The notes: generated by a model from the letters alone, not told the origin. Counted from the first letter of the stretch, positions 18,272-29,635 are shown. The stretch: 64,000 bases of DNA from Candidatus Omnitrophota bacterium (GCA_029261055.1 JAJDCA010000014.1:143984-207983), one strand, 5' to 3'. Program-made: numbers and translations.

Positions 18272-18616
18272 ATGTTAAAAAATTTAAAAAAAGATGGGTT
18301 TTCATCCTTTGTAGAAATTATGATTTCAGCCGTTGTTTTTGCTATTGCTGCGGTTGGAATGTTTTCTATGGTTTCCAAACTCAAACCAAAGGGAGATGCT
18401 TCTGCTAAAAAATTAGAGGCCATGTATGCCGCTAAGAGCATCCTTGATGAGCTTCGTGGAAGCGTGGATGCCCGTACATGGTTAACAGGACCAAATGATT
18501 TATTGCCGGGTGGCGGTGTTCATTCAAAAACAAGAGGTGACGTTACAGTCGAGTATACTGTTACAGATGTTCCCGGTTCAGACCTTCGTCAGGTGAGTAT
18601 GAATGTGATATGGTAA
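18272..18616 (+). CDS. Minor pilin (PilV-like), atypical N-terminus
   Basis: KKDG|FSSFVEIMISAVVFAIAAVG with Glu at +6; C-terminal LRQVSMNVIW strand. Confidence 0.7.
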   Translation: MLKNLKKDGFSSFVEIMISAVVFAIAAVGMFSMVSKLKPKGDASAKKLEAMYAAKSILDELRGSVDARTWLTGPNDLLPGGGVHSKTRGDVTVEYTVTDVPGSDLRQVSMNVIW

Positions 18617-18721
18617 TACCAAATCCATTTATTAAAGTATCCTATTTGAATGGTGCATTTCTCGTTAAAGCGTCGAGAAATACGAAATTAAAATCGGTAT
18701 TATTTAATGGAATTGGTATAG

Positions 18722-19300
18722 ATGAATACTAATCATAAAAAAGCAATGACGCTTGTTGAACTTCTTCTGGCTACAACTTTAATAGGCATTGTTATGTTAG
18801 GCGTTATTGCTGTAACTACCGCAATCAAACAATTTCAACTTTCAGGGGCAGACATGAATATTTCTGCGATGCAAATAACAGGAGCACTCAAACGTATTGC
18901 CAGAGACGCTTCTATTGCCGTCAATTATCCTAACTCACCAGGGACGATTATTGATGCGGGTAGCAATAGTGTTTCTTTTCGTCAGGACCAGGATAGTGAC
19001 CTTTTAACCCAGGCCGATGCCATTTGGGTTATTTATACGGATGGCAGTGATGGGAACCCTCAAACGATCCATAGATGCCAACAGAATGCCCCCAACTCAG
19101 ATCCTGACTTTGGCAATGAATGTTCGCCTGCGAATGCTCAATTTATTATCAACAAAGTCGTTGCCTTTACGCCAGCTTTTGATGCTACGACAGGTTTGTT
19201 TACTGTTGCTGTCACCACACGCAATGACCCGAATAAACCTTTTCATCCCACAAAGAATCCAGAGTTTCAATTAAGTACCGATATCCGATCATATTATTAG
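18722..19300 (+). CDS. Minor pilin (PilW-like)
   Basis: KKA|MTLVELLLATTLIGIVMLG; ALKRIARD motif. Confidence 0.78.
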   Translation: MNTNHKKAMTLVELLLATTLIGIVMLGVIAVTTAIKQFQLSGADMNISAMQITGALKRIARDASIAVNYPNSPGTIIDAGSNSVSFRQDQDSDLLTQADAIWVIYTDGSDGNPQTIHRCQQNAPNSDPDFGNECSPANAQFIINKVVAFTPAFDATTGLFTVAVTTRNDPNKPFHPTKNPEFQLSTDIRSYY

Positions 19301-19311
19301 AATTTTATTTT

Positions 19312-20052
19312 ATGCACCGTTTTTACTGCCCTGATTCAGATTTTTCATCTTTCCAAATTAAAATTACCCAAAAGGATGAGATTCATCATTTATGCCATGT
19401 TGTGCGGCTTACGCCAGGGGATAATGTTGTCATTTTTGATGGTATTTCTAAAGAGGCAGAGGGGGTAATATTAAACATCACACCTCTAGCTGTTGTTGTG
19501 AAGATTAATTCTATTAAGGAAATTAAAAAAGAAAGTCCATCTATTATTCTGGCTTGCGCGATACCTAAAAAAAGTAAATTTGAAGTTATTATTGAAAAGG
19601 CAACGGAGTTAGGCGTTGATGCTATTATTCCGCTTAAAACACAAAGAACAGAATTTAAGCTAAAAAAAGAGGCCGTGGCCCATAAAAAATGTCGTTATCA
19701 AACAGTAGCCATTAATGCCGCAAAGCAAGCTCAAAGAGTTTCAGTTCCGACGATCCACGATATATCTGATTTTTCTTCAGCGATTGAATATTTAACAAAG
19801 GAGACAGTCGTGTTAATGCCAAGCCTGTTAGGGAATCGCCGGAATTTTTATGAGACCATGGAGGTTATTAAATCTCCAAAAATTATTTCTATTTGCATTG
19901 GTCCTGAGGGAGATTTTACACCGGAAGAATACAAACATGCGCATCAAATGGGATGTATTCCTATCAGCCTGGGTAAAACAGTTTTAAAGGTAGAGACAGC
20001 CGCTATGTGTAGCATGGCCTGTGTTAATACCTATTGGCCAAGAGAAAGATAA
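19312..20052 (+). CDS. rsmE: 16S rRNA m3U1498 methyltransferase
   Basis: MHRFY, HHLCHVVRL, EKATELGV, IGPEGDF, LGKTVLKVETA. Confidence 0.95.
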   Translation: MHRFYCPDSDFSSFQIKITQKDEIHHLCHVVRLTPGDNVVIFDGISKEAEGVILNITPLAVVVKINSIKEIKKESPSIILACAIPKKSKFEVIIEKATELGVDAIIPLKTQRTEFKLKKEAVAHKKCRYQTVAINAAKQAQRVSVPTIHDISDFSSAIEYLTKETVVLMPSLLGNRRNFYETMEVIKSPKIISICIGPEGDFTPEEYKHAHQMGCIPISLGKTVLKVETAAMCSMACVNTYWPRER

Positions 20053-22132
20053 TATTGTGAAACAGTTTTTAAAAACAGTAAAACTTGAAAAGATTTTTTT
20101 TCTTTTTATTTTTCTCTTGGGATGGATTATTTACTCCAATACATTTAACAGTAGCTTTCACTTTGATGATCAAATTTTTATTGTTAACAACCCGTCGATC
20201 CGAACCCTTTTTCCTTCAAAAATATTAGATATACTAGCCTTTGGTGAAAAAAATCGTTTTATTGCTTTTCGCACATTTGCTTTGAATTATCATTTTCATA
20301 AGCTTGATGTTTTTGGATATCATATGATAAATTTTATGATTCATTTAATTACATCAGTTTTGGTGTGGTGGTTCGTGAGGTTGCTATTGTCCACCTTCCG
20401 ATGTGAGAAGTTACGACCATATGCCTCTACGATTGCTATTTTTACAGCTTTGTTATTTGTTGCTCACCCTGTTCAAACAGGGGCTGTGACATATATTACA
20501 CAGAGATTTGCTTCGTTAGTGGCATTATTCTATTTGCTGTGTGTGTGTTTGTATGTGAAAGGTCGATGTTCAGAAACACGATTAATCGCATCGTTACATT
20601 TTTGTGGTGCTATCGTGGCTGGCATGTTAGCTATGTTTACAAAAGAAAATGCTTTTACATTGCCTTTTGCTATTTTGATGATTGAATTTTGTTTGTTGCG
20701 ACAAAAAATACACACAAAGAAAGTAAATATGAAATTGTGCGGGGTGTTCGTTCTGTGCGCTTTGTTGTTTGTTTTGATCCTGCAATCACTTTTTCCCTTT
20801 GATTGGTGGTATCATATTTTATTTAATTCTAAAGGGCTTTCAGAATCCCATGATAATGAAATTATTACAAATTGGACGTATTTCTTTACGCAATTTCGTG
20901 TAATAGTCGCCTATTTAAAACTTTTATTTTTTCCCATCGGGCAAAATTTTGATTATGATATTGCGGCTTCCCATAGTTTTTTTGAATGGCCTGTCTTAGG
21001 CTGTTTTTTTATTCTTTTAGGGATTATTATCTATGCTTTAAAAATATTCCAACGCTACCCTTTGGTTTCTGTTGGAATTTTTTGGTTTTTTATAACCCTT
21101 TCTCTAGAATCAAGTATTTTTCGTATTGATAATTTAATGTATGAGCACCGTCTTTATTTACCATCGGTTGGGTTTTTCTTAGCATTTTGTGTTGGATGCC
21201 ATCGCTTAATAGGTAATTATAAAATACGTATTGTTTTTTTGAGTCTAATTGTAGGTGTTTTTTCTTTACTAACCTATCAACGTAATAAGGTTTGGGAAAA
21301 TGATATGACCTTATGGCAAGATGTGGTCAAGAAATCTCCACATAAATCAAGGGCGCATATGAGCTTGGGAGAAGCCTATATGAGGCAAGGAGATGATATG
21401 CAAGCAGTGACCCACTTTAATAAAGCCATAGAACTACATCCAAATGATGATGCTTCTTACAATAATCTTGGGTTAATTGATTTGAAAAATAAACAATATG
21501 ACGAAGCTTTAAGTAATTTTAAAAAGGCTTTGTCCATTAATCCAGATTTAGTTTTCGTAAATAATAATGTGGGGGTGTGTTATTTGATGAAGGGGGATCT
21601 TGATAAGGCTGAACAAGCATTTTTGCGTGCCATTGAGGAAGAATTTGGCTATCGAAAACCATATTATTATTTAGCAAATATTTATGTTAGTCAGGGGAAA
21701 AAGCAAAAAGCCATTGAAATGTATAAAAAAGTTATCAGGAATTATCCTGATGATACGGAAAGTTTATTTGCCTTAGTTAATTTATATTTTGATGAAAAAT
21801 ATTCAACGGAAGCTCTACAAATAGGGCATTTGATTTTAAAAAATGTGAATGATGTAAGCATACTAACAAATACCGGGAGCATATTTGCACAAAATCAGCA
21901 GCATTCTATGGCGTATGAATTGTATACGAAAGCCTTAAAAAAGGATTCCGGTTACAAAAGTGTATATCTTGAATTAGGTAAATTATTAGGCAATAGAGGG
22001 CGTTTTTCCGAAGCGATATCTGTATGGGAAAAAGGGCTTAGGATTACCCCAGGAGATAAGGTTTTGCAAGATCATATTAGACAGGGAAAGGCTTTACTCG
22101 AAAATAGTCTGACAAGTCCGGTAAGTCCTTGA
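20021..22132 (+). CDS. TMTC-like GT-C membrane glycosyltransferase with C-terminal TPRs
   Basis: FHFDD loop, HPVQTGAVTYITQR, KE, EHRLYLP, RNKVW motifs, many TM helices then TPRs; true start may be slightly downstream. Confidence 0.8.
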   Translation: MLIPIGQEKDNIVKQFLKTVKLEKIFFLFIFLLGWIIYSNTFNSSFHFDDQIFIVNNPSIRTLFPSKILDILAFGEKNRFIAFRTFALNYHFHKLDVFGYHMINFMIHLITSVLVWWFVRLLLSTFRCEKLRPYASTIAIFTALLFVAHPVQTGAVTYITQRFASLVALFYLLCVCLYVKGRCSETRLIASLHFCGAIVAGMLAMFTKENAFTLPFAILMIEFCLLRQKIHTKKVNMKLCGVFVLCALLFVLILQSLFPFDWWYHILFNSKGLSESHDNEIITNWTYFFTQFRVIVAYLKLLFFPIGQNFDYDIAASHSFFEWPVLGCFFILLGIIIYALKIFQRYPLVSVGIFWFFITLSLESSIFRIDNLMYEHRLYLPSVGFFLAFCVGCHRLIGNYKIRIVFLSLIVGVFSLLTYQRNKVWENDMTLWQDVVKKSPHKSRAHMSLGEAYMRQGDDMQAVTHFNKAIELHPNDDASYNNLGLIDLKNKQYDEALSNFKKALSINPDLVFVNNNVGVCYLMKGDLDKAEQAFLRAIEEEFGYRKPYYYLANIYVSQGKKQKAIEMYKKVIRNYPDDTESLFALVNLYFDEKYSTEALQIGHLILKNVNDVSILTNTGSIFAQNQQHSMAYELYTKALKKDSGYKSVYLELGKLLGNRGRFSEAISVWEKGLRITPGDKVLQDHIRQGKALLENSLTSPVSP

Positions 22133-22139
22133 TAATACA

Positions 22140-22168
22140 TTGACAATGTATTCGGGCTCAGGTATAAT
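22140..22168 (+). promoter_or_regulatory. Consensus sigma70 promoter of recA operon
   Basis: Perfect TTGACA-17 nt-TATAAT. Confidence 0.85.
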
Positions 22169-22250
22169 TTTTTTCTTTTAAAGGAACCCCACACAAAATG
22201 ATTTCCCCATGGAAAATGAATTGTATTAATAATAGTTAAGGGAGGGTGTT

Positions 22251-23279
22251 ATGGTAGAGCAAAAGAAAGCGGTTGATCTTGATCAGCGCAAAAAAGCATT
22301 AGAATTAGCTTTAACGCAAATTGAAAAGCAGTTTGGTAAAGGGGCCATTATGAAGCTTGATGGCAATGCTGCGGTGAGTATAGATGCTATTCCAACCGGG
22401 AGTATGGCTTTAGATTTGGCTTTAGGGATAGGCGGAGTTCCACGTGGACGTGTCATTGAAATTTACGGTCCGGAATCCTCAGGTAAAACAACCCTTACAT
22501 TAAGCATTATTTCACAGATTCAAAAAATGGGTGGTACCGCAGCTTTTATTGACGCTGAACATGCTTTTGATGCGATGTATGCAAAAAAGATTGGAATCAC
22601 ATTGGATGATCTTTTGATGTCACAACCGGATACCGGTGAGCAAGCGATGGAAATTGCCGAAACTTTAACTCGGTCCAATGCTGTAGACCTTATTGTCGTT
22701 GATTCTGTGGCCGCTTTAACCCCACGATCAGAAATTGAAGGAGATATGGGGGATGCCCAAATGGGGGTTCAGGCTAGATTGATGTCACAAGCCTTACGTA
22801 AATTAACCGCAGCGATTAGCAAATCGAATACTTGTATTATTTTTATTAATCAAATCCGTATGAAAATTGGCGTGATGTTTGGTTCTCCAGAAACAACAAC
22901 AGGGGGACGCGCGCTAAAGTTTTATTCATCGGTACGCATTGATTTACGGAAAATTGAAACTCTTAAAAAAGGCGATACTTTTATCGGTAATCGCGTCCGG
23001 GCAAAGGTCGTCAAAAATAAGGTTGCCGCACCATTTAGGCAAGCTGAATTTGAAATTTATTTTAATGAAGGTATTTCGCGTACGTCTGATGTTTTAGACC
23101 TCGCGGTTGAGCAGGGGATTATTCAAAGAGCTGGGTCATGGTTTTCTATGGATAATGAAAAGATTGGTCAAGGTAAAGAGAATGTTCGTAAGTTCTTAAA
23201 GGAATCTCCTAAGATTTTAAGTAAAATTGAAAAAGATATTTTAAAGAACATAAAAGAAAACGATAATGCAGGAAAATAA
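22251..23279 (+). CDS. recA: Recombinase RecA
   Basis: [42 protein letters not shown]. Confidence 0.99.
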   Translation: MVEQKKAVDLDQRKKALELALTQIEKQFGKGAIMKLDGNAAVSIDAIPTGSMALDLALGIGGVPRGRVIEIYGPESSGKTTLTLSIISQIQKMGGTAAFIDAEHAFDAMYAKKIGITLDDLLMSQPDTGEQAMEIAETLTRSNAVDLIVVDSVAALTPRSEIEGDMGDAQMGVQARLMSQALRKLTAAISKSNTCIIFINQIRMKIGVMFGSPETTTGGRALKFYSSVRIDLRKIETLKKGDTFIGNRVRAKVVKNKVAAPFRQAEFEIYFNEGISRTSDVLDLAVEQGIIQRAGSWFSMDNEKIGQGKENVRKFLKESPKILSKIEKDILKNIKENDNAGK

Positions 23280-23745
23280 GGAGGCTGTACTCAGTCTTCG
23301 AAAATCTAAGGCTGTCGTTTACCGTTTGTTGAAATATCGTGTACACAGTGAAAAAGAAGTATACACAAAGTTAAAACGAAAAAGCTTTTCGGATCAAACG
23401 ATTGAAGAGACGCTTAAGTACTTTAAAGAATTAGAATTAATCGATGATCGTCAATTCACGAAAGAATGGATTTCTGCACGTCTTAATAAACCTTTCGGAT
23501 TTCATCGTATCCAGCATGAGCTTAAGTTAAAAGGTATTGATGATGGTCTGCTCAAAGCCGAGCTCCATGAGGCTTTGAGCGATTATTCAGAGGTCTCCAT
23601 TGTGCAGGATTTGGCCCAACAGCGCGCAGTGATGTACAAAGGGCTTGATCCCATGAAAGCTAAGCAAAGAATATATGGTTATTTATCCCAGCGTGGGTTC
23701 AGTCCAGAGGTGGTGAAAGAAGTAGTGAGTTTAATAGAATTATGA
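23266..23745 (+). CDS. recX: Regulatory protein RecX
   Basis: Follows recA; LIDDRQF, ELKLKGI, YLSQRGF. Confidence 0.9.
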   Translation: MQENKEAVLSLRKSKAVVYRLLKYRVHSEKEVYTKLKRKSFSDQTIEETLKYFKELELIDDRQFTKEWISARLNKPFGFHRIQHELKLKGIDDGLLKAELHEALSDYSEVSIVQDLAQQRAVMYKGLDPMKAKQRIYGYLSQRGFSPEVVKEVVSLIEL

Positions 23746-26402
23746 CTACAAACGAAATTAGACAAAAGTTTTTAGACTTTTTTGCTTCCAAAGGGCATGC
23801 CGTTGTTGTGAGTGATTCCTTGGTTCCTAAAGATGATCCTACCGTCCTGTTTACTACAGCTGGAATGCAGCAGTTTAAGCCTCAGTTTTTAGGGCATATT
23901 GATGAATACACTCGGGCGGCTACATCTCAAAAATGTTTGCGGACTGATGACTTGGATGAAGTGGGGCAAACGAACTTTCATCATACTTTTTTTGAAATGC
24001 TTGGAAATTTTTCTTTTGGGGATTACTTTAAGAAAGAGGCTATTGATTGGGCTTGGGAATTTTTGACGAAAGAATTAAAAATTCCGGCGGAAAAACTTTG
24101 GGTCTCGGTGTACAAAGAGGATGATGAAGCTGAAGCTATTTGGCTTAATGAAATTGGTATTTCAAAAGAAAAATTGGTCAAACTTGGGGATCATAGTAAT
24201 TTTTGGCCGGCTGATGCGAAAGAGAAAGGGCCTAATGGTCCTTGTGGACCATGCTCGGAAATATTCTATGATTACGGCGAAAATAAAGACTGCTCATCAA
24301 ATGTGTGTGATCCTGACTGTGGTTGTGGGCGTTTTTCCGAAGTCTGGAATTTAGTGTTTACCCAATATGAGCGGAAAGAAGGCGGTCTTTTGGAGCCTTT
24401 GCCGAATAAAAATATTGATACCGGAATGGGGTTGGAACGTCTTGTATCTGTTATTCAGGGGAAAACAAATAATTTTGAAATAGATGTTTTTGATCCAATT
24501 CTAAATGCGATTCATAAAATAAAAGAAAACGGTAAATACAAAATAAGTCTTAAAGACGAACGGATTATGGCAGATCATATCCGAGCTGTTGTCTTTGGTA
24601 TTTCCGATGGTGTCGTGCCCTCTAATGAAGGTCGGGGTTACGTGATGAAACGATTGATTGTCGATATTACAGACAAAGCTCTTCAGGCAGGGATAACGCA
24701 ACCAACCGTTTTTCGACTCGTTGATGCGGTTGTCGAGGCCATGGGGCAAGCTTATCCAGAGATTAAAGAAAAAGCGAAAGACATTGCAGGGATCATTCAG
24801 AATATTGAGGCTTCTTACATTAAGGTGCGTAAGGAAAGAATTCCGGAATTAGAAAAAAGAATTAAAGATATTTCAAGTTTACCGGAAGATCAAGCTGCAA
24901 TAATTTTAGGACAAACCATGTTTATGTATCGAGACACCTACGGTTTGACGATACCAACTATTAAGGCGGTCGTAGAATCTGTGAGCATAAATAAAGCCCT
25001 TCTTAAAAAGGCTGAAGATGAATTTCAGAAATTAATGACGGAACAGCAAAATCAATCCAGATCTGCTAGTAAAATGACAGGGGACGTTTTTGTTAATAAT
25101 ATATTAGACCTGGAGGTTCCAAAAACAGAATTTTGTGGTTATGAAAAAATGCAATGTGTCGGTAAGGTTTTAAGATTTTTTAAGAATGACAAAAGTGTGG
25201 ATGAGGTCAATGAAGGAGATCACGTCAAAGTTATTTTGGACAAGACACCATTTTACGCAGAATCCGGTGGGCAGGTTGGTGATACGGGCGAATTGGTTGC
25301 CGGGGAGAACCGTATACAGATTTCAGATACACAAAAAATAAATGATGTTTTTGTCCACGAGGCTATTGTTGAAAAAGGTGTGTTTAAAATAGGGCGTGAA
25401 GTTACCGCTTCTGTTGATGAGGCCCGTCGGTTATCCATTATGCGTAACCACACAGCGACGCATCTTCTTCAGGAAGCTCTTAGAAATGTTTTAGGAAGCC
25501 ATATTCAGCAGCAGGGTTCGTTAGTGGCCGAGGATCGTTTACGTTTTGATTTTACACACCATAAGCAAATAACAAATGATCAGCTTGTAAAAATTGAACA
25601 ATATGTGAATCAATTAATTTTAGCCTGCGATACTGTAGGCATTGAAAATTTACCCATAAAAGAAGCAAAAAAGAGTGGCGCATTAGCCTTCTTTGCAGAA
25701 AAATATGGCAATGTTGTTCGTGTTGTTTCCGTTGGGGGTTATTCCAAAGAATTTTGTGGGGGAACCCATCTGAAGTCGACAGGGCAATTAGGGCTTTTTA
25801 AAATAACAACTGAAGGCGCTGTGGCTCAAGGAATTCGACGTTTAGAGGCAAAGACAGGTGTGTTTGCGTTAGAGCTTTTTACTGAACAAGAACGTCAACT
25901 GATGGAAGCTGCCAGAGTATTAAAATCGCCGGTGACTGAAGTTGTGGAGCGCATTCATGCACAGACAAAGAAAATGAAACAGTTAGAAACGGAAGTAGAA
26001 AATATTCGTTTTGAAGTTATCAAGGATTCTCTAGACACGATCGTTACGGATGCAGAGGAGCTAAACGGGATTAAAATTGTCAGTCATGTTTTTTATGATA
26101 TTGAGATGGGCCTTTTACGACGGGTTTCAGATATCATACGAAAAAAGGTTGAATCGTCTGTCATTATTTTAGGTGCGCGTTCCAAAGAAAATGCCGCTAT
26201 ATTAGTTTCTGTATCGAAGGATATGATTCAAAAAGGGATTCAGGCCAATGAATTGATTAATGATGTTGCGCCATTGATCAATGGTAGCGGAGGTGGCCGA
26301 CCACAATTAGCTCAAGCAGGAAGTCGGGAAGTTCAAAAGGTGAGCGATGCCGTGGAAGAATCAAAACGTATTATTAAAGAAAAAATCGAAACTGTTAAAT
26401 AA
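23742..26402 (+). CDS. alaS: Alanine--tRNA ligase
   Basis: LFTTAGMQQFKP, FEMLGNFSFGDYFK, HTATHLL editing site, CGGTH, GGG C-Ala domain. Confidence 0.99.
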   Translation: MTTNEIRQKFLDFFASKGHAVVVSDSLVPKDDPTVLFTTAGMQQFKPQFLGHIDEYTRAATSQKCLRTDDLDEVGQTNFHHTFFEMLGNFSFGDYFKKEAIDWAWEFLTKELKIPAEKLWVSVYKEDDEAEAIWLNEIGISKEKLVKLGDHSNFWPADAKEKGPNGPCGPCSEIFYDYGENKDCSSNVCDPDCGCGRFSEVWNLVFTQYERKEGGLLEPLPNKNIDTGMGLERLVSVIQGKTNNFEIDVFDPILNAIHKIKENGKYKISLKDERIMADHIRAVVFGISDGVVPSNEGRGYVMKRLIVDITDKALQAGITQPTVFRLVDAVVEAMGQAYPEIKEKAKDIAGIIQNIEASYIKVRKERIPELEKRIKDISSLPEDQAAIILGQTMFMYRDTYGLTIPTIKAVVESVSINKALLKKAEDEFQKLMTEQQNQSRSASKMTGDVFVNNILDLEVPKTEFCGYEKMQCVGKVLRFFKNDKSVDEVNEGDHVKVILDKTPFYAESGGQVGDTGELVAGENRIQISDTQKINDVFVHEAIVEKGVFKIGREVTASVDEARRLSIMRNHTATHLLQEALRNVLGSHIQQQGSLVAEDRLRFDFTHHKQITNDQLVKIEQYVNQLILACDTVGIENLPIKEAKKSGALAFFAEKYGNVVRVVSVGGYSKEFCGGTHLKSTGQLGLFKITTEGAVAQGIRRLEAKTGVFALELFTEQERQLMEAARVLKSPVTEVVERIHAQTKKMKQLETEVENIRFEVIKDSLDTIVTDAEELNGIKIVSHVFYDIEMGLLRRVSDIIRKKVESSVIILGARSKENAAILVSVSKDMIQKGIQANELINDVAPLINGSGGGRPQLAQAGSREVQKVSDAVEESKRIIKEKIETVK

Positions 26403-26418
26403 AAACTTAATATCACTT

Positions 26419-27642
26419 ATGAAAATTCTTACTCAAACAGGCCCAGGTATTCAGAAATTATACAATCGAAATTTATTTGCCCATAAGAAACATGTTGATG
26501 AGAGGGTTCGTAAGATTGTCGAAGATGTCCGTCTTCATGGTGATGAAGCTGTCATTAAATATACAAAAAAATTTGATAATGTAAAACTCACAGCCAAAGA
26601 ATTAAAAGTTCCTGAGAATGAAATCAGCGGAGCGTTCCAAAATATCACGAGTGATTTTATTGCAGATTTAAAGATGATTATTCAAAATGTGACTTTGTTT
26701 TATAAAAAGCAAAAACAAAAACCGTGTCGCCTTCGCCAAGATGATGGCATTATTTTGAAGGAAAATATTTTACCCCTAGAAACAGTAGGCATTTATATTC
26801 CAGCAGGAAGCGCTCCTTTAATATCCACGGTCTATATGACGGTCGTTCCCGCTAAGGTGGCGGGTGTCAAACGGATTGTTATTGTGACGCCGCCGGATAA
26901 AAATGGACGCATTAATCCATACATTTTAGCGGTAGCAAATTTGTTAAAAGTTAATGAAATTTATAAAGTCGGAGGGGCTCAGGCTATTGCAGCATTAGGA
27001 TTTGGAACCAAACATATTCCAAAAGTAGATAAAATTGTTGGTCCCGGGAATATGTATGTTACAGAGGCCAAGCGGCAACTTTTTGGTTTTGTCGATATTG
27101 ATATGTTAGCTGGCCCATCGGAATTGGCTATTATTGCCAATCGATACAGCAATCCAAATTATATTGTGGCTGATCTTGAGGCCCAAATTGAGCATTTGGG
27201 TGGATTAGCTGTTTTGGTAACGACCTCTAAGAAGATTATTCGACAGATACGTAAAAAGGTACCTAATGCGTATTTGATTTATGCGAAAAATATTGATGAG
27301 GCGATTAGTGTCGTGAATAAAATTGCACCGGAACATTTACAAATTTTGACGAACAATCCATCGGCTGTAGCGAATAAAATTCGTCATGCCGGGGCTATTT
27401 TCTTGGGGCCATACAGTCCGACAGCCTTAGGTGATTATGCCGCTGGGCCAAGTCATGTGTTGCCAACTATGGGAAGTGCTCGATTTTTTTCCGGGCTTTG
27501 TTTGTCTGACTTTATGAAAAAAAGTCATATTATCAGTTATTCAAAACGCGCTCTTGAGAAAGTGAGAGGCCCGATTGAAAAGATAGCCGCTCTTGAAGGG
27601 CTTAAGAAACATTATGAATCGGTAAATATACGATTTAAATAG
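26419..27642 (+). CDS. hisD: Histidinol dehydrogenase
   Basis: GGAQAIAAL, GPGN, DMLAGPSE, APEHL, GDYAAGPSHVLPT; start moved to ATG 26419 to avoid alaS overlap. Confidence 0.96.
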   Translation: MKILTQTGPGIQKLYNRNLFAHKKHVDERVRKIVEDVRLHGDEAVIKYTKKFDNVKLTAKELKVPENEISGAFQNITSDFIADLKMIIQNVTLFYKKQKQKPCRLRQDDGIILKENILPLETVGIYIPAGSAPLISTVYMTVVPAKVAGVKRIVIVTPPDKNGRINPYILAVANLLKVNEIYKVGGAQAIAALGFGTKHIPKVDKIVGPGNMYVTEAKRQLFGFVDIDMLAGPSELAIIANRYSNPNYIVADLEAQIEHLGGLAVLVTTSKKIIRQIRKKVPNAYLIYAKNIDEAISVVNKIAPEHLQILTNNPSAVANKIRHAGAIFLGPYSPTALGDYAAGPSHVLPTMGSARFFSGLCLSDFMKKSHIISYSKRALEKVRGPIEKIAALEGLKKHYESVNIRFK

Positions 27643-27686
27643 TAACATGCCTTGAAGGTGTGTTTACCAGTTAAGGGGAGAGGAAA

Positions 27687-28307
27687 ATGAGTCAACGTAA
27701 AGGTACATTAGAACGTAAAAGTAAAGAAACTGAAATTAAGGCAGAGCTTAATGTTGACGGGACAGGTCAAACCAAAATTAAGACTAACATCGGGATCTTA
27801 GATCATATGCTGGAACTTTTTAGTTTTCATGGGCATTTTGATTTAAATTTAGATGTGCAAAAGGCAGATTTGGAAATTGATATTCATCATACGAATGAAG
27901 ATATTGGAATCGTTCTTGGAAAAGTATTTAAGAAGGCCTTAGATGAAAAAGAGGGGATTCGACGGTTTGGAACTGCTTTTTCTCCTATGGAAAATACGCT
28001 GGGACGATCTGTTGTGGATATTAGTGGGCGAGGATATTTAACGCTTCAAATTGGTGTTCCTGGTGAAGATGTTCCTACGATTAAAGATCAGGAAGACTAT
28101 TCAATGAATTATTTAGAGCATTTTCTGGAATCTTTTGCGCATGGTTTGGGTGCGACTATTAATGTTCAAATTAGCCAGCCTAATGAAGATCTGCATACAA
28201 ATATTGAGACTGTTTTTAAATCTCTTGGATTAGCTATGGACCAAGCGACACAAATTGATACCCGTCGAGAAGGGGTTGTCCCATCGACAAAGGGGATTAT
28301 TGATTAG
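27687..28307 (+). CDS. hisB: Imidazoleglycerol-phosphate dehydratase
   Basis: DHMLELF, HHTNED, DISGR, PSTKG. Confidence 0.96.
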   Translation: MSQRKGTLERKSKETEIKAELNVDGTGQTKIKTNIGILDHMLELFSFHGHFDLNLDVQKADLEIDIHHTNEDIGIVLGKVFKKALDEKEGIRRFGTAFSPMENTLGRSVVDISGRGYLTLQIGVPGEDVPTIKDQEDYSMNYLEHFLESFAHGLGATINVQISQPNEDLHTNIETVFKSLGLAMDQATQIDTRREGVVPSTKGIID

Positions 28308-28907
28308 ATGATTGCTATCATTGATTACGGCATGGGCAATCTCCGCAGTGTGCAAAAGGCTTTGGAAAAAGTCGGGGCACAAACGCTGATTACAGAAAAA
28401 GTTGAGGATATTCAAAGAGCAGATAAAGTTGTCTTGCCCGGCGTTGGGGCTATGCAACCGGCCATGGCCAAACTTGAATCTCTTGGACTCATTGAGCCAA
28501 TAAAACAATCTATTTCAGACGGAACACCTTTCTTGGGTATTTGTTTAGGTTTTCAACTTCTTTTTGAGACGAGTGACGAAGGCGGCAATGTGCAAGGCTT
28601 AGGGATATTAAAAGGCAGTATTAAACGATTTACTGCTCTAAAAGTGCCGCACATGGGATGGAACCAGTTGGATATTCAGGAAAAAGATTGTCCTCTTTTA
28701 TCTGGAATTGATAATTTAGCCAATGTTTATTTTTGTCATTCTTATTTTGTTAATTCAGATAATGAAGATATCATTTTAACTTTAACTGACTATGGAATTA
28801 AGTTTGCTTCGGCTGTTCATAAAGATAATATTTTTGCCGTGCAGTTCCATCCAGAGAAAAGTCAAGAAATCGGTTTAAAAATATTAAGGAATTTTACTCA
28901 AATATGA
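28308..28907 (+). CDS. hisH: IGP synthase glutamine amidotransferase subunit
   Basis: DYGMGNL, LPGVG, GICLG, PHMGWN, QFHPEKS. Confidence 0.97.
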   Translation: MIAIIDYGMGNLRSVQKALEKVGAQTLITEKVEDIQRADKVVLPGVGAMQPAMAKLESLGLIEPIKQSISDGTPFLGICLGFQLLFETSDEGGNVQGLGILKGSIKRFTALKVPHMGWNQLDIQEKDCPLLSGIDNLANVYFCHSYFVNSDNEDIILTLTDYGIKFASAVHKDNIFAVQFHPEKSQEIGLKILRNFTQI

Positions 28908-29635
28908 TAATTTTTCCCGCTATAGATATTAAAGAAGGTAAAGTGGTCCGTTTGCTACAGGGCAAATTTGATGAAGTTACCCAATACGGTGAAGATCCTG
29001 TTGACATGGCCAGGCATTGGGAATCCAAAGGCGCACAATGGTTACATCTCGTTGACCTTGATGGGGCTCAAACTGGTGAAATTAGAAATTTAGATGTAAT
29101 CGTCAATATTGCTAAAACTGTGAATATTCCGGTTCAAATGGGGGGAGGCATCCGTACAAAAGAAGATATTGAAAAGTTAATCAATGGGGGTGTTTCCCGT
29201 GTTATTTTAGGAACAAAAATTGTAGAAGATCGAAACTTTTTGAAAGAAATTTTGGATATTTGGAAGGAAAAAATAGCCGTCAGTTTGGATTGCCATAATG
29301 GTATGGTTGCTCAAAGAGGTTGGACATCCACATCAAATTTGAAGGCCACAGAATTTGCTAAAGAGCTTCAGGGGCTTGGATTGACATGCTTAATTTATAC
29401 AGACATTGCGCGCGATGGCATGCTGTCCGGTCCGAATTTTGAAAGTTTGAAAGAGTTATTAGAAACAGTCCAAATTCCTATTATTGCATCCGGTGGAGTT
29501 GCTAATTTAGAGGATATTAAGAAATTATCATCTTTAGAATCCGATGGTCTCATTGGTGCGATTACAGGTAAGGCTATTTATGAAGGGAAGTTAGATTTGG
29601 AAGAAGCCCTTCAACTACTGAACAATGCTAACTAA
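28904..29635 (+). CDS. hisA: ProFAR isomerase
   Basis: [34 protein letters not shown]. Confidence 0.97.
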   Translation: MIIFPAIDIKEGKVVRLLQGKFDEVTQYGEDPVDMARHWESKGAQWLHLVDLDGAQTGEIRNLDVIVNIAKTVNIPVQMGGGIRTKEDIEKLINGGVSRVILGTKIVEDRNFLKEILDIWKEKIAVSLDCHNGMVAQRGWTSTSNLKATEFAKELQGLGLTCLIYTDIARDGMLSGPNFESLKELLETVQIPIIASGGVANLEDIKKLSSLESDGLIGAITGKAIYEGKLDLEEALQLLNNAN

